A DNA stretch of 64,000 nucleotides from a virus. Its lineage: Duplodnaviria > Caudoviricetes. The translations under genes and the position numbers were made by a program. The notes beneath the pieces were generated by a model, which worked only from the letters and a program-made list of their open reading frames with translations, searched no databases and was not told the origin of the DNA. This document shows positions 10,608-20,253 of the stretch, in pieces (position 1 is the stretch's first letter; every line of letters begins with the position of its first letter). The DNA is taken from IMG/VR virus record IMGVR_UViG_3300012007_000009, positions 96,791 to 160,790 of that record; one strand, written 5' to 3'.

Positions 10608-13600
10608 TTGCGAGCATGTCACCATCTTCGATATCCTCAGCATCGGTGTCGATGACGTTATTGTCAACCGAGTACCCGCACAGGTCACCGTCATCATCGA
10701 CACACCAGGCATAGCATACATATTCCGAGTTAGGCGACATTGACCCGTCTACGTCGGCCTTGCCGGTAGGACTGAACCCGAGCTGCTTGGAAGCGATTGC
10801 TCCGGTATCCTGTCCCAGGTTATTGAGTTCTGTCACCGTAGGAAGGCGCCAACCGGTTGAGCCGAGCTGGGCCATGATGGCTTCGGCATCCTCCATGCTG
10901 TACAGCATCACGTTCCTGGATGATTTCACCCCGGTTGCCCCGTCATAATACCCGGTCATCCACAGCAACCCGTTCGCCTCGTGGTATTCCACTTTCTTCC
11001 CGAGCTCGGCACTGGCCATCGAGCCAGCATTTGCCGAGAATTCGCCACCCCTGCTGAAATACGGGGCCAGCATCTGCTTTACCCGCTCGGCCTCCCCGGA
11101 AGGCAGATTCTCGATAACGGAATTGATTTTTATCTCATGTGCCCTAACGAATTGCGTAGTGAACTCATCCCAACCGCCCATGGCGGCAAGCCGCAGAAGC
11201 AATTCCAGTCCTTCTGGAGTAGTACTCATGTCCCGTACAGTTTCCGGGGTGAAACACTTTTTGCAAACCTCATGGGCGATATTACCCGGCAACATGTTGA
11301 TACAAGACAATAGAACCATAGGCTTGTCCTTCAGAAGCTTTTCGATATCTTCAGTGGATATTACGGCAGGGTCATCTTTGGAAAGGCTCTTATCATATTT
11401 AGCTGATATATCAAACAATGCCTTAGTCACCCTGTCTCCATGCAAGCTCAAGGATTTCCACTCAAAGTCGTCGACGCTCAGCACCAGATGTTGACCGGCT
11501 AAAATAGTCGCCACGACATCATTGAATGAGTTGGACTCGTAATACTCCTTTCCATAATGAGCCAATAGCTCCCACAATTCGTATGCTATGATGCATCGTG
11601 CTAGGACATCGTTCCGCATGGCCATCTTCTTTGAACCAGCCCCATTATCCACCAACGTTTGCTCATTGCAGCTAATTATCCCACCTCGCTTGCTATCCAG
11701 GAATATTTCCCTAGCAAGTCCCGAATCGGATTCATACAGGGACATATAACTGTCAAGCACTTGTTTTATGTATTCACCAACATAGTGAGTATTGTCACTC
11801 ACCCTCGACGTACTAAAAGAAAAATTTCGTTTTAATGGCTTTATGTATGTCCTGAAATACGTTGTCAAGTCATCTGTCACCAACCCATTAATCAGCATAG
11901 AATGCCTTAATGCATCAAACCTCCAGCCACCCGACTGTGGTTCATTTAACTTCAGGAAGGTCGACAATATCCGCTTTCCTAATGGGGAATTGCTCTCAAC
12001 TTCCTTGACAATGGAGCGACCAAGACACAGGTTGAGGAATAGCCTTAATGCATATTCGGTATTATTCGGGTAAGCAGTCAAAAATTCGCGTATTCTCCTG
12101 AGCAGCATGTTACCGGAGACCGAATCACGGTATTTGTTGATATCGTTCTCGTTGTTGTCCGGAACAATGTTACCATATAATTCAGAAGAAAATACCCTGA
12201 AACCAGGCACAACACTCCCGAATCTGAGCAAGCACCGCTTGGCTGGGCCATTATCAATAGCATGGAGGAGTGTTTGCTGCACTCTGGGCGTCATGAATTT
12301 CTTTATATCCGAGAACAAGGCATCCCGTGACGCGGCATTCATGGAATTGGACCTCATTAAGCCATCGAAATAATTCATCAAGCGCAAACAATTATCTATC
12401 GCTCTGGTTCCAGAATCATTTAATGCATATTCAACAGCATCTTCGGATAACGGTATATATTGACCGGAAATGCCTATAGAAACACTCAACGCATCCATTA
12501 ATGCATTGATTCCACGTACTCGGAATATCGCCACCTGTACATTGGGTTCACGTAGCATTTTCGGTGAAAATGTATTGCTGAGGCTGTAGGCATTATCTGC
12601 TATTTCGGGCATTTTCATGAAGTCAGCTACCCGGATGGTGGCATGTCCCGGTGTCCCGGTCAAAGCTTGGATTAGGCCATTGGGGTCATCGAAGGGTCTT
12701 AATATAGACAGTCCGATTATGTAATCAAATTCACCTGGATAGCCGGTGGATATTCCATATTTTTTGGCAATACTCATAATTTCAGGGTCATGTACAATGA
12801 CCTTATTCTCCTTGACTGCCATCTCGACCCACTCGCTCAGGTCGTCGGAATCAACCAAGCCACGGTCGACACATGCAGCAAGAAATTGCAGTTCATTAAA
12901 TCGCCCGAAATACTCAGTACCGCTATAGATTTCATTCCATAAATTAGAAATAAACGTGTCCGGTCTCGACATACTCTTCTTCAGAATACGAACCCTATCA
13001 TCCCAAGTAAGCTTGAACTGTAACTTCGACAAGTCGTCATTGCTTGGTGCGTCTTGCCATAGGCCTAAGCAGAAATCCGCTGTCAGGAAGTTGACAAAAT
13101 CTTCGGCAACCCTGTGACTTATTATTTGGGGGAACATAAAGACAATATCTTGAATGCGGTATGCGCCTTCATCTTCCATCAGGTCCAGTCTCATTATACT
13201 TACCCCGGAACCAGGAACTAGATAGGCTTGTATGCGGTCATTTTCTTCCTTTACCCATTCGGTGCCATCCTCGTTTCTCAGCATCATTTGCATGCCTGCA
13301 GCTTCCCACGCCATTCCTCCTTTGCTATTTTTAACCGCGGTATCTGCGATATCAGATGTTGTAAAATTTTCCGTATCCGCCAATATCGTTTTTTCAAAGC
13401 GGTTGTTGTTTTTTGTCAGTTTCTCTATAAGGTCGTGTTCATTGAACAAAGACTGTATTTCATCGGCAAGAGCAACTCGGTCTATTTTATTCAACCTGGC
13501 GGTAAAGCTCTCGTTATCTGAACATGAGGACAAGTCTTTCAATATGGCCAATTTCAGTGCATTCTTTAGATTCTCTTCAACATTTCTGAAATTTGCGCTG

Positions 13601-13950
13601 TTCTTTACGTCCTGATACACCCATACAGGTTCACCACCATCATCCCTATAACGTAGGCCAAGTTCATCCATCGCCATATCCATGGAAGAATTTACCAGCA
13701 TATCGACCTGCATAAACCTCGGGTCGCTATTCAACTTGCGTGCTATTGATGTGGTAGTGCTGCTCCCTTCACAATCCGTCGTATCTATGCCGAGAAACCT
13801 TGCCGCATCATCGTACCTAAATGGCACCGGGCGTACCGAATTCCCGCTATTTCCCTCGAACAACACCCGGTATGCGCTTTCCACCAGGGTCATAATCCCG
13901 ATATCAATACCGCTCGATACCAATTCCTTGTAGTCTGAATTCGAAAACAT
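10591..13950 (-). CDS. Large late protein (~1119 aa) with C-terminal Fib_succ_major/DUF1566-like domain
   Basis: ORF 10591..13959, likelier ATG at 13950; C-terminus GLLWM...LYSMEDA...GWRLPTVTELNNL...GFSPTG...YAW...LAIKLVR; TATAAACT on minus strand at 13983-13990. Confidence 0.75.
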   Translation of the reverse strand: MFSNSDYKELVSSGIDIGIMTLVESAYRVLFEGNSGNSVRPVPFRYDDAARFLGIDTTDCEGSSTTTSIARKLNSDPRFMQVDMLVNSSMDMAMDELGLRYRDDGGEPVWVYQDVKNSANFRNVEENLKNALKLAILKDLSSCSDNESFTARLNKIDRVALADEIQSLFNEHDLIEKLTKNNNRFEKTILADTENFTTSDIADTAVKNSKGGMAWEAAGMQMMLRNEDGTEWVKEENDRIQAYLVPGSGVSIMRLDLMEDEGAYRIQDIVFMFPQIISHRVAEDFVNFLTADFCLGLWQDAPSNDDLSKLQFKLTWDDRVRILKKSMSRPDTFISNLWNEIYSGTEYFGRFNELQFLAACVDRGLVDSDDLSEWVEMAVKENKVIVHDPEIMSIAKKYGISTGYPGEFDYIIGLSILRPFDDPNGLIQALTGTPGHATIRVADFMKMPEIADNAYSLSNTFSPKMLREPNVQVAIFRVRGINALMDALSVSIGISGQYIPLSEDAVEYALNDSGTRAIDNCLRLMNYFDGLMRSNSMNAASRDALFSDIKKFMTPRVQQTLLHAIDNGPAKRCLLRFGSVVPGFRVFSSELYGNIVPDNNENDINKYRDSVSGNMLLRRIREFLTAYPNNTEYALRLFLNLCLGRSIVKEVESNSPLGKRILSTFLKLNEPQSGGWRFDALRHSMLINGLVTDDLTTYFRTYIKPLKRNFSFSTSRVSDNTHYVGEYIKQVLDSYMSLYESDSGLAREIFLDSKRGGIISCNEQTLVDNGAGSKKMAMRNDVLARCIIAYELWELLAHYGKEYYESNSFNDVVATILAGQHLVLSVDDFEWKSLSLHGDRVTKALFDISAKYDKSLSKDDPAVISTEDIEKLLKDKPMVLLSCINMLPGNIAHEVCKKCFTPETVRDMSTTPEGLELLLRLAAMGGWDEFTTQFVRAHEIKINSVIENLPSGEAERVKQMLAPYFSRGGEFSANAGSMASAELGKKVEYHEANGLLWMTGYYDGATGVKSSRNVMLYSMEDAEAIMAQLGSTGWRLPTVTELNNLGQDTGAIASKQLGFSPTGKADVDGSMSPNSEYVCYAWCVDDDGDLCGYSVDNNVIDTDAEDIEDGDMLAIKLVR

Positions 13951-13982
13951 CGGCAACACCGTACAATTGTGTGATTAACCAC

Positions 13983-14020
13983 AGTTTATACCTTCAGGGC
14001 ATATCCTTGGTATATAAACT
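13983..14020. promoter_or_regulatory. Divergent putative late promoters (AGTTTATA...TATAAACT)
   Basis: Inverted octamer pair between the divergent genes starting at 13950(-) and 14053(+). Confidence 0.7.
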
Positions 14021-14052
14021 CTCTGATAACGGACTAAAACCACAGGTTCAAG

Positions 14053-15198
14053 ATGAAGGGTCTAAGCATACCGGCAACCATGATGGAGTCAATCTCCAGG
14101 GCATACTCAACGATTTTCGGCGAACCGCTCACGGAATCGGCACTTTTTGAATCCCAGCGGGAAATTGAGGAACTTACCAGGAAGGCAGTGTACAAGACCA
14201 TAGTATCCAACATCATCGGCCATATTCCCGAGAACTGGGATGACCCCCGCGTGACCGACCTGTACCAGAGAGTGCACGACGACCACATGAAGCCAGTCTC
14301 ACAGTTCCTTCATGAGTTCCAGGCATCCCCGGCCGGACAAAACATAAGCATTCCCGAATTCAACGAGCAGTCATTCACCAACCGGCGCGGTAACGAGCTT
14401 ACCCTGATGCAGAGCATCCTCAACAACATCAGGCAAACGTTCTTCAACTTCAACGGTGCGAATACCGACTACATGCCGGGCGTAACCAGGATAGCGCTGC
14501 TCCGCAACGGAATGGGCGGTTGCGGCTTCGGTAGTCCCGAGCAGGACCCCGGTGAAGTGAAACTACTGAAGACCTTTGTCAAGTACGTATGCGAGATATG
14601 CCCTGACCCACAGGCCGATGGCGCGGAATTCGACATCGACCTCAACGGCATGACGCTCCGGGATATCCGCAACAACTTCGGCAACACCCTGCATGGCGAC
14701 ATTACGAGTCGCCGTGATGCAATACGCGGATACTCATCGGAGGCAACACCCGGAAACTACCGTATTGTCCACATACCCGACTTCCAGACTGCCCAACAGT
14801 ACCGACAGTACTTCACGGTATCCCCCTGGTGCATCACCACCTCCCAGATGATGTGGGACTCCTACACCCTGGAAGGGAAAAACACGGTATATTTCTGCCT
14901 GCGGGACGGTTTCGAGGATGTCCCGGCCGAGCCCGGGGAGAATTGCCCGCTCGACGACTACGGGACCAGCATGATAGCCGTGATTGTCGATACCGACGGG
15001 GACCTGTCGACGGCAACCCCCCGATGGAACGATGCCAACGGCAGTTCCGACTACCTTCTCAAAGAAGAAGATGTGGTCGACCTTATCGGACGTCCGTTCT
15101 ACGACGCGTTCCCCCCAGTGGAGACCGAGGACCCCGAATACGTCCAGCAGGCCAGGAGACTCGGCGGGCCAATGGGAGGGCCGGACGGCCGTCCATAA
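14053..15198 (+). CDS. Hypothetical late protein, 381 aa, with WC-x-T...D-x-YG-x-S domain (PcfJ-like, tentative)
   Basis: SPWCITT...VYFCLR...LDDYGTSMIAVIVD...RWN; N-terminal LTE|S and LFE|S motifs. Confidence 0.75.
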   Translation: MKGLSIPATMMESISRAYSTIFGEPLTESALFESQREIEELTRKAVYKTIVSNIIGHIPENWDDPRVTDLYQRVHDDHMKPVSQFLHEFQASPAGQNISIPEFNEQSFTNRRGNELTLMQSILNNIRQTFFNFNGANTDYMPGVTRIALLRNGMGGCGFGSPEQDPGEVKLLKTFVKYVCEICPDPQADGAEFDIDLNGMTLRDIRNNFGNTLHGDITSRRDAIRGYSSEATPGNYRIVHIPDFQTAQQYRQYFTVSPWCITTSQMMWDSYTLEGKNTVYFCLRDGFEDVPAEPGENCPLDDYGTSMIAVIVDTDGDLSTATPRWNDANGSSDYLLKEEDVVDLIGRPFYDAFPPVETEDPEYVQQARRLGGPMGGPDGRP

Positions 15199-15232
15199 GT
15201 TACCGGGAATATCTAGAAAGGATTAATGACCA

Positions 15233-18229
15233 ATGAGTTATGCACTTCTCGATAGTCTGTCCATCCTGCTTGAGGCGTCATCGGCCGATAGTTCGATGGC
15301 AAAACGCATAGAGGCCGACATATGCCGTCGGTTCGGAATAACGGAGGACGCCCGGTACAGCGATTCGCGTTACTCGAACCTTGCGCATTTTATCCGGCTG
15401 TATGCCGGAGCGCAGATTCTGCACCCGCAGTACATGGGTATCGGTTCTTCCGAAGAAGTGGTAGCCTGGTTCGGGTGGAACGACGGACCGCACGGTGAAC
15501 AGTCAGCAGACGGGTCGACCGGGCAACAAGAAAACGCCGACGTCCAGGATGACGGTGAAGAACAGGATAACGAAGTTACGCCGCACGATGCGCCGATATC
15601 GGTGCAGGACCTGGCCGATGTCGATTCCTGGCCGCAGAACTTAAAGAACTATGTCGCGTTGCTGTCCGGACGTTACATCGAAGGCATATTAAGGATATGT
15701 TTCGATGAATGCGGAATGAAGTCATACCTCATACACCGGGAACCGGGGTTATTGAACGCCCTCGCGGAATACTTTGCCCAGAAAACCGGAAAGAGCATAC
15801 AGGCTGCAAAATCCGAGATTCTCCGCGACAACCCACCCGCATGGAACTACAACAAAATGCGCCATCTTGCCAGGGTCATCCTGCCGGAACTCGTACTTTG
15901 TACTCTTATCGCGCCCATGTCCAATACGCCGAACTGCGGAAAAACCGATATCAGCCAAAATATCGAGTACCTGGGAGTGGATAACGTAGAACTGATTCAG
16001 GACATGACCACCCCGGTTGACGTCAAGATTACAAGTAACCTGGAAATTGCAGGAAAGACGGCCCCGTTGAATTATTCCCAGTTGCTCAAGCTAGTGAATA
16101 AGTGGACCTATGACCTAACGGCAATAGATAGGAAATCGAGCATAAACGGGGCCAGTGGAGAAACAACCTATTACGAGCCGCCCAAGGTCAATAGCGATGA
16201 TGATGACAGCGAGGCCATCGCGCCCCAGTCGGAAGGACTGAATGCGACCTACAGCGATGAAGTCGCCCCCGAGCCAATTATGGTAGAGCACGAGGAAAGT
16301 ACTACGGTGCAGTTCCCGACAAGAAAGTTGAACGGGTGGTATGTAGTAGACATCGACCAGGACCAGGACAACGCCAAGGACAACCAGACAAGGATAAGAC
16401 GCGGCGTCATAGCATTCAACGAACCTGCCGCACCAACCGGAAAATTCTATTTCCGGGGAGGAAGCGTATACAACCCCAGCGGTGAACACGCTAAATGCAC
16501 GAACGGTGTATCTTCGTGGTGCTGGACATGGGATGGATACTATAACGATTACAGGAACATGGGCAACGGTGACCGCGGGTTCATGCTAATAAGCGAGCAT
16601 GCGCTCGACAAGGACGTACTGGATTCATATGTTGAATACCGCGACGACACCCGCCTCGGGGATAAGTATGACTCGTCAGCATTCGGCATAGTCATTGCAG
16701 GACCCGGGGAAAGCAGGTACAGCATTCCGGGCCTAGTTAAATACGACGACGACCGGGGGATATGTTTCGAGGCACGCCGCGACGTATCGAAGTCTTCAAA
16801 GGCACCAGGTACAAGTCACCCGGTACATTACGATGAATCACTTGTGCCGAGCGGGGGGAATATCCCGGGTATGCTGAAGGTATCCGACTTCGGCAGCGAT
16901 TACGCCCCGAAGATAATCCTAATCAACTACTCGATTTTCTCCCTGGCCTTGATAGGGAAATGGGATAACAGCATCAGACTCGTCGACCCCGACGGACATC
17001 TCCAGACGGATGACCTGGTCGCCCTGATGCAGAAGTGGTTCCCCGTACCCCTGGATGGCAATGCCGCACCGCAGCTATCGGGGCCAAAGATTGTCGAACA
17101 CAAGGTGGATGACATATCCGTCATAGGCGACCTGCTGAACCTCGACATGGTAGGAGATGAACCGGATGACGTATTGCGGGAAAAGGTGTACAGGTGGAAC
17201 GGGACCCCGTGGCGGACATACCAATCCTACCAGCCTAACGTAGGCGACTACAAGCTGGTATACATGGCGGACGCGGATGCATTGTACAGGTATGAACATG
17301 ACCGTTCCGGCAATATGCCGGTATCCGAAATTCCCGCACTGGTATTCCTGCATTTTCCCGAGCGCAAAATTACTGTCCCGGTATTTTCCACCCCGAAACC
17401 CCTGGATGAACTGCTCTCCCTGGATTATTCCGACGGCATAGCACCCAGGATAGAGAAGATTCTTGACGGCGCGGATGGCACGGACAGGGAAACTGGCAAG
17501 ACCGGCAACGACGGCGACAGCGGTTTCGATACGGACGAGTCCGGGATTTCCTGGGCATTCCCGGTATCGTCATCCAGGAAGAATCGCCGCATCGGGTTCA
17601 ACGCCGACGGCGAAGTGTTCGTTTCCGGGCCGGAGACGGAAGGAAAACCCGAGAGTATCGCAACTTCGAGGGGCGACTGCCCGTTCCCCCCGGGAAGCCG
17701 CGGCACGTACGTAACGACACCGGAAGGGAACTACAACCTGTGGGTCGTGTATGACGGGGCCGACAGGCAGCGCATGCTCGTCTACTATGCCAGGGAAAAC
17801 CGCATCCGCAGGTACGAGATTCTAGGCGAATTCCTCGATGCGGAAAAAATGACTGCCCTCCTCAGCTACGATGTGAACGGCGATACCAGGTATACGCTCG
17901 GATGTATCACCGGGGATAGGGCAAGACTGCAGAGTCCGAACGACCCGTATACCAACTACATAGTACTAATGGGCGGAATAGTGGTAGACAACATAGGCCT
18001 GACGGAGAGCGCAGTAGATAAGTTCATTAACGAGTACGTGGGCCGGGATGTTGGATTGGCCACCATGATTGGCTTCAACCCGGGAAGGAACGATTCCCCC
18101 GAGGATGTGAAAGTCGGAACGATTCACTGGTATGACCGCCATACGATGGAATTCACCGGGCTAGACTACATAACGCTCGACGAGCTCAGCAGGAACGGCA
18201 GTAACCTGCCGATAATCCATCGCATCTAG
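15233..18229 (+). CDS. Hypothetical protein, 998 aa; central segment related to 14053..15198
   Basis: Long ORF; SSWCWT...GFMLI...DKYDSSAFGIVI; N-terminal LLE|A. Confidence 0.8.
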   Translation: MSYALLDSLSILLEASSADSSMAKRIEADICRRFGITEDARYSDSRYSNLAHFIRLYAGAQILHPQYMGIGSSEEVVAWFGWNDGPHGEQSADGSTGQQENADVQDDGEEQDNEVTPHDAPISVQDLADVDSWPQNLKNYVALLSGRYIEGILRICFDECGMKSYLIHREPGLLNALAEYFAQKTGKSIQAAKSEILRDNPPAWNYNKMRHLARVILPELVLCTLIAPMSNTPNCGKTDISQNIEYLGVDNVELIQDMTTPVDVKITSNLEIAGKTAPLNYSQLLKLVNKWTYDLTAIDRKSSINGASGETTYYEPPKVNSDDDDSEAIAPQSEGLNATYSDEVAPEPIMVEHEESTTVQFPTRKLNGWYVVDIDQDQDNAKDNQTRIRRGVIAFNEPAAPTGKFYFRGGSVYNPSGEHAKCTNGVSSWCWTWDGYYNDYRNMGNGDRGFMLISEHALDKDVLDSYVEYRDDTRLGDKYDSSAFGIVIAGPGESRYSIPGLVKYDDDRGICFEARRDVSKSSKAPGTSHPVHYDESLVPSGGNIPGMLKVSDFGSDYAPKIILINYSIFSLALIGKWDNSIRLVDPDGHLQTDDLVALMQKWFPVPLDGNAAPQLSGPKIVEHKVDDISVIGDLLNLDMVGDEPDDVLREKVYRWNGTPWRTYQSYQPNVGDYKLVYMADADALYRYEHDRSGNMPVSEIPALVFLHFPERKITVPVFSTPKPLDELLSLDYSDGIAPRIEKILDGADGTDRETGKTGNDGDSGFDTDESGISWAFPVSSSRKNRRIGFNADGEVFVSGPETEGKPESIATSRGDCPFPPGSRGTYVTTPEGNYNLWVVYDGADRQRMLVYYARENRIRRYEILGEFLDAEKMTALLSYDVNGDTRYTLGCITGDRARLQSPNDPYTNYIVLMGGIVVDNIGLTESAVDKFINEYVGRDVGLATMIGFNPGRNDSPEDVKVGTIHWYDRHTMEFTGLDYITLDELSRNGSNLPIIHRI

Positions 18230-19170
18230 TGTTTTGGGGACAGGTCGAACGGGACGAACGGCTCGCCGGATTCGTCCTCTTCCGGCCCGTCATATACTTC
18301 CCGGATTTCACCGGCATCCTTGCCGATGAATCCTTTCAGGAACTTCGGACTCAGACCGGCGATTACGGACTCCAGGGACACTACTTCTACTTCCCCATCG
18401 GTCTCATCCCCGATGAAACCACCCATGGCCTCGGCATAGTCGGCATTGTAGACGACGTTTGACGACCCGTCATACTCCATCACCCCGGGGTTCATCCCGG
18501 TGACCTCGGAAACCGTCCTGTATTTCCTGGGATTCTCGACCCCGGCCTTCTCCAGAATCTCGTAGTCATCGTCATCGAGCTTTCTCTCGAAGTCGAGCCC
18601 GCGCCTGCTGACAATCTCCCCGGCAGCCCTGGCAAGCCGGTCGGCCTGCTCATCGGCCTTCATGTCGGATTCGTACTTTTCCGGGGCGAATTTCCTGTAC
18701 ACGTCGCCCATGCTGATGGAAGTCGCCTCGGTAACCCCGAACAGGTCGAGGAACAGCGGGTACTTCGGCATCGTGCCCATCTTCTCCTTCCCGTCACGGA
18801 AGGACTTGTACCAGAAGGGTATCACGGAAGTGTATTCGGCCAGCTTTTCCGGGTCAATCCCGGAATCTCCCACCACGTCGTCAAAGTCGGCATAGTCAGC
18901 CATGACGAGTTCCTTCGCCTGCTCCCTCGTCAACTTGCCGGACGGCTCCGTTTTCGCCGCGGTCCTTACATCGACCCGGATTTCGGTAGCCGGCCTTTCG
19001 TCAGCGGAATCCCCCGTGCCATCATCCGAATCAGAATTGGACTTACCTTCGGAAGTAACTGTCTCGTCGTCATCCTTCTTGACATCGGCCTCCCATTCGG
19101 AAAGCGAGTTTTCCTGTTCGTCGAACGCCCTGTCGGCTTCATCTATAGTTTTCTGGTCGAGCATGCCCAT
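18226..19170 (-). CDS. Acidic hypothetical protein, 314 aa
   Basis: ORF with phage-like codon usage; stop overlaps the convergent stop of 15233..18229. Confidence 0.75.
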   Translation of the reverse strand: MGMLDQKTIDEADRAFDEQENSLSEWEADVKKDDDETVTSEGKSNSDSDDGTGDSADERPATEIRVDVRTAAKTEPSGKLTREQAKELVMADYADFDDVVGDSGIDPEKLAEYTSVIPFWYKSFRDGKEKMGTMPKYPLFLDLFGVTEATSISMGDVYRKFAPEKYESDMKADEQADRLARAAGEIVSRRGLDFERKLDDDDYEILEKAGVENPRKYRTVSEVTGMNPGVMEYDGSSNVVYNADYAEAMGGFIGDETDGEVEVVSLESVIAGLSPKFLKGFIGKDAGEIREVYDGPEEDESGEPFVPFDLSPKH

Positions 19171-19210
19171 CTGTCTGTTCCCATATGTCTCTTTTCCCAG
19201 AAACTACAAC

Positions 19211-19240
19211 AAAAGGCGTCCGGGAGTGCCGGACGCCTTC
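19211..19240 (-). terminator. Rho-independent terminator
   Basis: AAGGCGTCCGG / CCGGACGCCTT stem followed by TTTT on the minus strand, after gene 19262..20200. Confidence 0.7.
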
Positions 19241-19261
19241 TCGGAATGTTCGCCTGCCGCA

Positions 19262-20200
19262 CTAGCGGAAGAACTTCTGGTTCCTGGGGGCGACCCCGCC
19301 GTTGCGGGTGGACATGTTCCCGTACCCGGCGTTGTTCAGGAGTTCGTCGGCAAGGGCGTCATAGTCGACGTCGGCATCGTTGGCCTCCGTCCCGGGACGG
19401 CCTTCGTCCGCGCCGTCGTTACGGTAATCCTTCAGCTCGTCGGAATTCCAGAGGGAGATGTAGTCGTCGAGGTTCCTGTCCGCTTCATCGTCATCCAGCT
19501 CGCGACGGCGCTGCTCGTCGAACGCGCTGTCGTACTCGGCGTCGATGTCGCGTGCCGGGTGGTCGAAGTCGATGTCGCGTTCGCCGTTGTCGTCGTACGG
19601 GCGGAGCAGGTCGGACTCGCCCTCGTCAGCGTTGCCGAAGAGGTTGCTGGAACGGCTCTCGGTCAGCTCGTTCCCCTTCCCTTTCTTGCCCTTGCCCGCT
19701 TTCTGGCACTGGGTATCGGCAGGCGCCGCGTTGGGTTCGCCGCAGTCGCATTCCTCTTCTACCGGTACGCATTCCCCGTCGACGCACTTCGTGCCGGCGG
19801 GGCACTCGTCGTCACCGTCGCATTCGCCGTCGTCATCGCCGGCCTCCTCGGCACCGCACTCGTCATCTTCCCCCGACGAGAACGGGTTCTCGCCGGCATT
19901 CACCTTGTCGTCGAAGTTCTTGAGGAAGCCCTCGAGAACGGTCTGCTCCTCGGAGTCCAGGTGCGGGAGGAACGCCTGCAGGAGGCCGCTGACGGCATCC
20001 TTGATTTTGTCGGCGGTCAGCGGGCCGTCGGCAGCCTCGAACTGTGGCTTCCTGGCGGGCCTGATGTACCCTTCCTTGACTGCGAAGTTGTACTTGAAAC
20101 GGTCGATTGCGTCGTCGTTGCTGCCGTTCTTCAGGGAATCGGCGAAATCCATGTACGCCTCGAATGCCGCGGGGCCGAGCGTGCGATGTGTCCTGGCCAT
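19262..20200 (-). CDS. Very acidic late protein with Cys-rich module, 312 aa
   Basis: TATAAACT on minus strand at 20234-20241; GAGG RBS; DDECPAGTKCVDGECVP module. Confidence 0.8.
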   Translation of the reverse strand: MARTHRTLGPAAFEAYMDFADSLKNGSNDDAIDRFKYNFAVKEGYIRPARKPQFEAADGPLTADKIKDAVSGLLQAFLPHLDSEEQTVLEGFLKNFDDKVNAGENPFSSGEDDECGAEEAGDDDGECDGDDECPAGTKCVDGECVPVEEECDCGEPNAAPADTQCQKAGKGKKGKGNELTESRSSNLFGNADEGESDLLRPYDDNGERDIDFDHPARDIDAEYDSAFDEQRRRELDDDEADRNLDDYISLWNSDELKDYRNDGADEGRPGTEANDADVDYDALADELLNNAGYGNMSTRNGGVAPRNQKFFR

Positions 20201-20253
20201 AAAATCTACCTCGTATTGGTATGCTTTACGCCAAGTTTATATCATGTCCGTTT

